Source: an uncultured Verrucomicrobiae bacterium
GTDB lineage: Bacteria; Verrucomicrobiota; Verrucomicrobiia; Limisphaerales; JAFGQR01
Direction of reading: 5' to 3'
NCBI GenBank assembly: GCA_963788655.1
Contig: CAWBHS010000088.1
Location: 96,001-160,000 of the forward strand
Length of the DNA: 64,000 nt
Position 1 is the first letter of the stretch; every line of letters starts with the position of its first letter. Positions 11,161-18,030 of the stretch are shown piece by piece. The notes under the pieces were generated by a model, which was not told where the DNA came from, made no database searches, and saw only the letters and a list, made by a program, of their open reading frames with translations. The position numbers and the translations under genes are program-made.

Positions 11161-12567
11161 TTATCGCCATGCGGCCTCGACGTGCCGCGCTTCGGTCCAC
11201 GTTTGCCCAACGCACAAGCGCAAGACGAAACGGCCTTCGAGCACGGTGTGCGTGAGATAGAGTTTTCCGCTGCGATTGAGTTCTTCGAGCAACCGGCGAT
11301 TGACCTCGTCGCCGCCCTGGTGACGGAAACAGACGAGGTTCAGCGGGGCGGGCACGGTCAGTTCGAAATCGTCCGCCGCCTCGATCCACCGGGCAAACTG
11401 CTGCGCCAGTTCCACGTGACGCCGCACGTGGTAACGCAAGCCTTCGACACCGTAATGGCGAATCACAAACCAAAGCTTCAACGCCCGAAACCGCCGGCCC
11501 AGCGGCACGTGCCAGTCCCGATAATCAATCACGGCACCCGATTCGGTGGCCTGGTTGCGCAGGTATTCCGGCAGCACGCTGAGCGTTTTGATAAGCACTG
11601 CCCGGTCGGCCACGTAGAAGCAGTCGCAATCGAAGTTGGTGAACATCCATTTGTGCGGATTGAAACAATAGCTGTCCGCCAGTTCCAGGCCGTCCTGGAA
11701 ATGCCGGAATTCCGGGCACAGCGCCGCGGTGCCGCACATGGCGCCATCCACGTGCAACCAGAGACCGTGCGCGCGGCAAATCCGGCCAATCGCGGGCAGC
11801 GGATCGAACGCATTGGACGAGGTCGTGCCGATGGTGGCGCAAACAAAACACGGTCTGAGGCCGGCCTGACGGTCTTCGGCGATCTGCCGTTCCAGGGCCT
11901 CGGGCCGCAGGGCGAACCGTTCATCCACTTCGATCAACCGGAGATTGCGACGCCCCAGTCCGGCAATCTTCACCGCTTTCTCAATCGAGGAATGGGTTTG
12001 CGTGGACGCATAGGCTACGAGCTGTCCATCGCCGCCGCGCTCGTTGGTTTGGAATCCGGTGGCCCGTTCCCGCGCCGCCAGCAACGCGCACAGCGCTCCG
12101 CCGGATGCGGTGTCCTGAATGACGCCGCCGCCGGCAGTATTCGATTTGAATTGGGCCGGCAAGCCGAGCATGTCCGCCAGCCAGTCCAGGACATGCGTCT
12201 CCAATTCCGTGCAGGCCGGACTGGTGGCCCACAGCATTCCTTGCACTCCCAGCCCGGCGGACAGTAGCTCGCCAAGGATCGACGGACCGGAATTGTTGGC
12301 GGGAAAAAAGGCGAAGAAGTTCGGCGATTGCCAATGCGTCAGACCAGGAACGATCAACTGGTCCACGTCGCGGAGAATGGCCTTGAAGGATTCACCGTGT
12401 TCCGGCGGCGTGGATGGCAGTTGGGAACGAATCTGCCCCGGCTGAACCTGGGCCAACACGGGGAAGGACTCGATGCGCTTCTGGTAATCGGCAATCCAAT
12501 CCACCAGGGCGTGGCCCCACTGGCGAAATTCGTCCGGCGTCTGATGATAGCTTGTGGGCTCGGTCAT
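11161..12567 (-). CDS. PLP-dependent aromatic-L-amino-acid decarboxylase (DDC/TDC family)
   Basis: THWQSPNFFAFFP, SPACTELE, HVDGA, NPHKW (PLP lysine), PLGRRFRALKLW. Confidence 0.92.
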   Translation of the reverse strand: MTEPTSYHQTPDEFRQWGHALVDWIADYQKRIESFPVLAQVQPGQIRSQLPSTPPEHGESFKAILRDVDQLIVPGLTHWQSPNFFAFFPANNSGPSILGELLSAGLGVQGMLWATSPACTELETHVLDWLADMLGLPAQFKSNTAGGGVIQDTASGGALCALLAARERATGFQTNERGGDGQLVAYASTQTHSSIEKAVKIAGLGRRNLRLIEVDERFALRPEALERQIAEDRQAGLRPCFVCATIGTTSSNAFDPLPAIGRICRAHGLWLHVDGAMCGTAALCPEFRHFQDGLELADSYCFNPHKWMFTNFDCDCFYVADRAVLIKTLSVLPEYLRNQATESGAVIDYRDWHVPLGRRFRALKLWFVIRHYGVEGLRYHVRRHVELAQQFARWIEAADDFELTVPAPLNLVCFRHQGGDEVNRRLLEELNRSGKLYLTHTVLEGRFVLRLCVGQTWTEARHVEAAWR

Positions 12568-12834
12568 AATGCCGCCCATCAAAACCTCCCCCCCATCGCG
12601 AGTCAAACTCAGCGACATGACCTACAGTCCCGCAGGAATAACCGAAAATGCCCCCCGATTCATCGACGGGTTGAGGAAACCACAATGCCAATTAAGGTCT
12701 GCCACGAACGAAACAAGCCCCGGCCTTCTTGCGAAGCGAGGGGCGACGACAGAAGCGGCTGAAAATGCGACGCAAACCACCCCAATTTGGAATTTGACTT
12801 TTCCGGCAAACGCCGCTGTGATGGCCCTTGTGAA

Positions 12835-12897
12835 GGCCAACAGTTTTCTGCCTAATTCTGTTATTCCACCTGTTGATACGCCTAAACAGCGTTGAAC
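12835..12897 (+). mobile_element. Putative attI-like (or degenerate attC) site heading the cassette array
   Basis: gcctaaacagcGTTGAAC resembles attI1 (CCCTAAAACAAAGTT). An imperfect direct repeat, cctaattctgtt, lies upstream. Confidence 0.35.
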
Positions 12898-12907
12898 TAG
12901 GACATTT

Positions 12908-13288
12908 ATGCGCAACTATCTGCTCATTCTGTGGTGCGTGGGACTGAGTCTGTTCATCCTTGGATGCGAGCGCGCTCCATCCAAAAGTCAGCTCATGGGC
13001 ACTTATACTGGAAGCCTCAATGGCGCTTCTGAAGTTTTGGTCCTGCTCCCTGACGGCACATTCTCTCAGAAATTGACGCTTCCTGGCGGCAAGAAAGTCA
13101 GCGCGAGCGGCACGTGGCAACTGGACTACAAGGCGGTTACCTTTGACAGGTACCAGAAGTTCTACAGTGAGGAAAAGCATGGTGCGCTCATAACGCCGGA
13201 ACCGCGTTACGGGGTAATTTATAAATGGGGTTCCGACATGCTTATCCGTGATTTGGGCTCCGGTTGCTATACGCTGAAACACATGTGA
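12908..13288 (+). CDS. Cassette gene 1: hypothetical lipoprotein
   Basis: Lipobox LFILGC, 126 aa, AT-richer than the flanks. Confidence 0.75.
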   Translation: MRNYLLILWCVGLSLFILGCERAPSKSQLMGTYTGSLNGASEVLVLLPDGTFSQKLTLPGGKKVSASGTWQLDYKAVTFDRYQKFYSEEKHGALITPEPRYGVIYKWGSDMLIRDLGSGCYTLKHM

Positions 13289-13293
13289 CCAGA

Positions 13294-13626
13294 ATGATAC
13301 TTTTGGTCTGATCCTAATACGATTGGCCTATGTGGTGCTGCTCGGCGTGGCGTGTGGAATGATCGCATTAGGGATCAGCCGATTGTCAGACTCGCACTCG
13401 CAGAGCAGATGGAAGATCTTCTCGGTTGGTGACATATGGACTATTCCTCATCGGCGCTGGCGAGTTCGAGGGGTAGCTTTACTACTCAGAGCGGACGGCT
13501 AGTATCTTTTACGGCAGGCGCTGCGATCGGTTGGATGGCCTTTGGAGGCTTTATCGCTGCAGCGCTGGCGGCAGGTTTGGTGTATGTGGGAGTTTTGGCG
13601 AGAATGGAGAAAAGCCTGATGAGCAC
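13294..13626 (+). pseudogene. Degraded cassette gene, small membrane protein
   Basis: Hydrophobic coding segments split across frames. The 3' part (ORF 13436) runs into attC1. Confidence 0.4.
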
Positions 13627-13752
13627 AGCCAACAAGACGCTGGAGACGAACTGCCGCCCCGCTTCTCCGCTCGAAGTTGAGCGGGAATTTGGACGCGCAG
13701 TTCACGCTCGACCTTGCGTTTCCGGCGGCAGTAGCTGAGCTTTGCGTTATGC
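13627..13752 (+). mobile_element. attC-like site 1 (126 bp)
   Basis: AGCCAAC ... GCTGAGC-5 nt-GTTATGC, with internal inverted repeat actgccgcc/ggcggcagt. Confidence 0.8.
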
Positions 13753-13768
13753 AAAGAGAAGCGCGAAC

Positions 13769-14349
13769 ATGAAGCCTAGCATTTTCATTCTTTTGCTGTC
13801 ATTGTCCATGAGCCTTGCGGGTGAACCTGAGACGACGACTCTGAGGTTCCATTACCAGAGATTACCACCAAACAGCACGATGTGGAATCCAACGGCCAAG
13901 TGATAGCTTCGGTCGAAACGGTTTATCGTGGAAGGCATCGCATCCTGCGAACGATAAAATACAAGGTGGCAAAAGGAGATTATGTTGCCGGAGGTGTGAT
14001 GCGCATTTATAGCGTAGGACGTAACGCAATTCTGGCTGAGGAGGACCCCAAAGGCGATGGGCAGGTTACTATGACAGTTTACGGGAAGACTGACAATCCA
14101 GGAGATTTCGAAGTGTTTCGAAAGTCAAAAGATGGATTGGTTCAGCCAATAACCAGCCGAGAACTGTTCCAACTCAGGCGCGAGCTACAGGAGTCTTCCA
14201 AGTTCTTTGAGGGCTTTGCACACTGGTTGGCAGAGAAAATTGAGACGGAATCACCCGAGAAAATCGCGAATGACGTGAAAGCGCTTGGAGAAGCCGCAAA
14301 ACGGGCGAAGGAGGCAATGGATAAAGAAAAGCAAGAAAAAGATAAATGA
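13769..14349 (+). CDS. Cassette gene: secreted hypothetical protein; frameshift near 13840
   Basis: Signal peptide MKPSIFILLLSLSMSLAG from ATG 13769 shifts into ORF 13882-14349. Confidence 0.65.
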
Positions 14350-14351
14350 TT

Positions 14352-14447
14352 GCATAACCAATCGAGTCACCGAATGAGCGGCAAGCACGTCAGTTTTGAA
14401 TTTGGAAGGCACCGGGATGCCGCTCATCGGTGCTCTCCGCGTTCGAC
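14352..14447 (+). mobile_element. attC-like site 2 (96 bp)
   Basis: GCATAAC (complement of the preceding GTTATGC) ... caccgaatgagcggca/tgccgctcatcggtg ... GTTCGAC. Confidence 0.85.
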
Positions 14448-14957
14448 ATGAAGGCCATTGTGCCAGTTCTATTCGCGACCCTGCTTCTGGTGGTGTCCTG
14501 TGATTCATCAAGCAGCAAGGTTAGTATTCAGTCGTCCTCCATGAGCACCAACTCTACGATGCATCCGAGATTCGATACTCCTGAGCATGCGGTTGAGTCT
14601 TTGGCCTCAGCCTACCAGTCCCGAGACATCGAGGCGATGGTGGCTGCCAAGGATTTCGCGCTGGATTCCAGGCTATTTTGGGAGGACCTCGGCCTGCCTG
14701 TGACCGACAAGCAGAAGTCAGAATCTGTTGCGGCATTCGAGTCCAATTTTCGCAAGCAGATGGCAGAGGACGGTATCCCTGATTATCGGGGAGTTGAGCA
14801 TGCAATCGCCCAGCGCGAGGAACTTCAAACCAACCTCGTTGTCATCACGCTTGAATGTCGATGGCCAGATGGACGAAAGGTCAGACTGAGGCTCCCCACC
14901 TTGAAAACTGGGTCGCAATGGAAAACAGTCTTGGTTCCAGGCTACGATCATTTGTAA
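14448..14957 (+). CDS. Cassette gene: hypothetical lipoprotein (possible NTF2-like fold)
   Basis: MKAIVPVLFATLLLVVSC lipobox. TPEHAVESLASAY and a WK-containing C-terminal strand are reminiscent of NTF2-like proteins. Confidence 0.75.
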   Translation: MKAIVPVLFATLLLVVSCDSSSSKVSIQSSSMSTNSTMHPRFDTPEHAVESLASAYQSRDIEAMVAAKDFALDSRLFWEDLGLPVTDKQKSESVAAFESNFRKQMAEDGIPDYRGVEHAIAQREELQTNLVVITLECRWPDGRKVRLRLPTLKTGSQWKTVLVPGYDHL

Positions 14958-14958
14958 T

Positions 14959-15084
14959 GTCGAACAAGCGGATGCACACGAACCGCCGCCCCGCGCTTCA
15001 GTTCGGACGTGTCGCACTCTTTGGACGCTGGATTCGCTGCCAGCGCCCGCTATCGGCGGCGGTCGGTGATCCTTGGCGTTCGAT
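14959..15084 (+). mobile_element. attC-like site 3 (126 bp)
   Basis: GTCGAAC (complement of the preceding GTTCGAC) ... accgccgcc/ggcggcggt ... GTTCGAT. Alignable with attC1. Confidence 0.85.
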
Positions 15085-15087
15085 GAC

Positions 15088-15462
15088 ATGAATCCCCACG
15101 AGCAGCAAAAGAGGATCGCTGGAGTGCTTCCACGGCTCCACTGGAGCGCAGCAGTGCTGCTCATGTGTGCTGTCGGTTTTTGGCTGATGGCGCCGGCCTC
15201 TCCAGCCTATCTCATAACGTATGCGGCCGTTGGGATGCTATGGTTCGGTGCGGTCGTGTGGATGTGGCGGATGTGGTGCCTTATCGGGACACTTACGATG
15301 ATGCCGGTTTTTGCATTGGGTTACTTGGTGCCGCCGAGACTATTCCCCGAGTCTTCCCAAATGGTTGAGCTTCAAGGAATTCTGCTGGCTTTTGCCATCG
15401 TGTCATTCTTACTGTGGCTGTTGCGGCCGCAAGTGATTCGTTATGCAAGACTGGAGAACTAA
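15088..15462 (+). CDS. Cassette gene: small integral membrane protein (about 4 TM)
   Basis: 124 aa with several hydrophobic segments, bounded by attC3 and attC4. Confidence 0.7.
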   Translation: MNPHEQQKRIAGVLPRLHWSAAVLLMCAVGFWLMAPASPAYLITYAAVGMLWFGAVVWMWRMWCLIGTLTMMPVFALGYLVPPRLFPESSQMVELQGILLAFAIVSFLLWLLRPQVIRYARLEN

Positions 15463-15463
15463 C

Positions 15464-15585
15464 ATCGACCAGTCAGTGGAGTCAAAAGGTGCCCGTTAAA
15501 GCAGTTGCGACGTCACGGGCAATCTGACGTTCTTCTTCGTCTGAGGCGCACTGCCGGAACCAGTGGTTCACTTCTATGGTTCGGC
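15464..15585 (+). mobile_element. Degenerate attC-like site 4
   Basis: ATCGACC (one mismatch to the complement of GTTCGAT) ... GTTCGGC. Internal symmetry is poor. Confidence 0.55.
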
Positions 15586-15744
15586 GTGAACGGTCCACGC
15601 CCAAGCAGGAATTTGATTTATGGATTGCTTGATCCTCGAGATCAATACCTCCGATACGTTGGAAAAACTCACCAGCGTCGTGAACAAAGAATGGCCGAGC
15701 ACACGATGGAGGAAGTATCGACGCCGAACCAAACGGGTCAATAA
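15586..15744 (+). pseudogene. Truncated GIY-YIG nuclease cassette gene
   Basis: IYGLLDPRDQYLRYVGKT...R...H motif, but only 52 codons. Confidence 0.6.
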
Positions 15745-15822
15745 CATGTTCGCGCCTCCGCTCTACTCGAGGTCCATTCGTGGTTTTCTTCCTAGCTTTG
15801 GAAGAGCCGCCTTACGTTCTGC
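15723..15822 (+). mobile_element. Degenerate attC-like site 5
   Basis: GCCGAAC is the exact complement of GTTCGGC (15579-15585). Candidate right core GTTCTGC at 15816-15822. Confidence 0.45.
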
Positions 15823-15878
15823 GAATGTGGGATTGAGTGCCACGCCATCCAATGGTTGACAGGGCGATTGGCGCGCGT

Positions 15879-16631
15879 CTATTTGGCGCCGCCAAATTTC
15901 TTCGCCACGGCCGACTGCATGAGTTGTTCGAGGCTGGCGAATCGGGCATAACCTTTCGGCGCTTCGAACGCCTTCGCCGCTGGCTTCCGCAACTGCACGT
16001 TCCGGAACATCATGCGCACGGTGGAATCCTCCTCGTGCATCTGGATCTGCACCGGAAACCCTTTCAAATCCGAAGCGTACCATCCCAGAGCCTCCCGCTT
16101 GACACCGGCGGGGCTGGTAATGGTGACCTGATACTTCACACAGGGATGCCCGGCGACCGTTTCGTGGCCCAGCTTGTGTTTGGAAATCTGGTATTTGGCC
16201 TCCAATTCCTTGACTTCGTCGGCTGACATCGGGATAGCCGCGTAACTCTTCAAGTTGGGATAAATCACGAGGGTGCTTTTCAGGTCCGGGCGCACCACGG
16301 TGATCATTCGATCCATCCCGAGTTGCTGCAAATGCGCAAACGCCTGGGGGGCCACCTGGCCGTTCTTCAGATCGCTCAAATTGATGCCGGTACACACCTT
16401 GCCCTTCAGCATCGCGAACGTCATGGGAATCCGCATGGTTTCCCGTTGCTGGCCATCCAGCAGAACGGCCTCAGCCTGCGCCGAAAAGCTGGTGAACTCG
16501 CCAAACAACTTGAGCACTGCCGCGTTGAGACCGGTCTGGGGACCGGTGGGCATTTGCGCCGGCGCTGAATAGTATCCGAGGCCCACCGCGGCAGCGGCGA
16601 ACAGAACCAAGCCAGACGGGCGCATGTTCAT
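15879..16631 (-). CDS. Secreted DUF4412-like protein
   Basis: Signal peptide; KLGHETVAGHPCVKYQV, WYASDLKGFPV, FEAPKGY. Confidence 0.75.
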   Translation of the reverse strand: MNMRPSGLVLFAAAAVGLGYYSAPAQMPTGPQTGLNAAVLKLFGEFTSFSAQAEAVLLDGQQRETMRIPMTFAMLKGKVCTGINLSDLKNGQVAPQAFAHLQQLGMDRMITVVRPDLKSTLVIYPNLKSYAAIPMSADEVKELEAKYQISKHKLGHETVAGHPCVKYQVTITSPAGVKREALGWYASDLKGFPVQIQMHEEDSTVRMMFRNVQLRKPAAKAFEAPKGYARFASLEQLMQSAVAKKFGGAK

Positions 16632-16853
16632 AGACAATAGTGTTCCATTACATTTCGATTAGCAGTGGCTGGAAATCTAACGCAAAACTGCATCTACACC
16701 AGCCGGAAACGTGGTTTCCAACGGGCCACGGGCGCCTCGCGTTTTTGCCGCAGGTTTCGAATTCATCAATCGGAACGCAGGCGAGGGCAACGACGCTCGG
16801 CGGCAGGTTTGCGACTTTCCTCCGCCGGGCGTTGTCGGCTACGCTGTCCGGGC

Positions 16854-17516
16854 ATGAAATGCATTGTTACCGCCGGGCCCAGTTATGAACCGCTCGATCA
16901 AGTGCGCCGCCTCACGAATTTCTCCACGGGCCGGTTGGGTGGCGAACTGGCGGATTTCCTGACTGCCCGCGGTCACGAGGTCACCCTGTTGTTGGGCGAA
17001 CAGGCCACGTGGAAGGGGCAATCACCGGCCCAACACGTCCAACTCTTTGGTTCGACGGGAGACTTGAGCGTGCGTCTGGAAGCACTCAGCAGAACGTCCG
17101 TGGACGCGGTGTTCCATGTGGCCGCAGTCAGCGATTTCACGGTCGGCACGGTCTGGGAGCACGCGGCCGATGGCGAGATGATTGAAGTCAAGGCGGGAAA
17201 GATATCCTCGCGGATTGCGCGTCTGCTGGTCGAGTTGGTGCCCACCATCAAAATTATTTCGCACCTGCGCGACTGGTTTCCGCAGGCCGTCCTGATGGGC
17301 TGGAAATACGAAGTTGATGGCGACCGCTCGACCGCACTTCGCCAGGGCGAACAACAAATCGCGCAATGCCGCACCGACGCCTGCGTCGTTAACGGTCCGG
17401 CCTACGGACGCGGATTTGGCGTGGTAACCGCCCCCGGCCGACGTGCCCACGTGCCCGAGCAACCGCTGCTTTACCGAGTGCTGGAGGAGTTGCTGCGGAA
17501 GCTTGCCAACGACTAA
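16854..17516 (+). CDS. coaB: Stand-alone phosphopantothenate-cysteine ligase (DFP domain)
   Basis: VTAGPSYEPLDQVRRLTNFSTGRLG, AAVSDF, GWKYE. Confidence 0.8.
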   Translation: MKCIVTAGPSYEPLDQVRRLTNFSTGRLGGELADFLTARGHEVTLLLGEQATWKGQSPAQHVQLFGSTGDLSVRLEALSRTSVDAVFHVAAVSDFTVGTVWEHAADGEMIEVKAGKISSRIARLLVELVPTIKIISHLRDWFPQAVLMGWKYEVDGDRSTALRQGEQQIAQCRTDACVVNGPAYGRGFGVVTAPGRRAHVPEQPLLYRVLEELLRKLAND

Positions 17517-17553
17517 TGACCTATCGTCAGGCGCACGCGGCTGCCTTCGTAAA

Positions 17554-17625
17554 TCAGTTCCGCCCCAGGCCGGCGGAGGCGCCGGTGATGACCACGACTT
17601 CGGGTTCATGGTTGCGATGCTTCAT
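17554..17625 (-). pseudogene. N-terminal fragment of a short-chain dehydrogenase (SDR)
   Basis: MKHRNHEPEVVVITGASAGLGRN* carries the TGxxxGxG motif, then stops. Confidence 0.65.
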
Positions 17626-17638
17626 GGCTAAAATCCTC

Positions 17639-18019
17639 TCAATCGCCGGCCGGAAACGCCATCGTGCTGAGCAGCGCGTTTTCGGCCTGGCGCGAATCGA
17701 GCCGGGTGTGTTGGACCACGATCGGCACGTTGGATTCGATGACGCTGGCGTAATCGGTGTCCTGGGGAACCGGCTCGGGATCGGTGAGTTCATTGAAGCG
17801 CAGATGTTTTGTTCGCCGCGCGGGAACGGTCACGCGGTACGGCCCGGCGGGATCGCGATCCGCGAAATAAATCGTGATCTGGACGTGGGCTTCCTCGTCG
17901 GTCGCGTTCAGCAGGCAGGCTGTCTCGTGACTGGTGAATTGCGGTTCCGGGCCGTGGCTCCAGCCGGGAATGTATCCTTCGGCGATGGCCCAACGTTTGT
18001 GTCCAATGGGAGGGGTCAT
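17639..18019 (-). CDS. Anabaena sensory rhodopsin transducer (ASRT)-family protein
   Basis: IGHKRWAIAEGYIP, SHETACLLN, VPARRTKHLRFN, ESNVPIVVQHTRLDSRQ. Confidence 0.88.
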   Translation of the reverse strand: MTPPIGHKRWAIAEGYIPGWSHGPEPQFTSHETACLLNATDEEAHVQITIYFADRDPAGPYRVTVPARRTKHLRFNELTDPEPVPQDTDYASVIESNVPIVVQHTRLDSRQAENALLSTMAFPAGD

Positions 18020-18030
18020 GGGAGGGTTGG

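Noticed and set aside
13627..15822. Regularly spaced repeats read as a CRISPR array
   Set aside because: The units are 96-126 bp, divergent and separated by whole genes, and no cas genes are present. This fits attC sites.
17639..18019. ASRT as evidence for a light-sensing rhodopsin system
   Set aside because: No opsin gene is in the window, and ASRT homologues are known to occur without rhodopsins.
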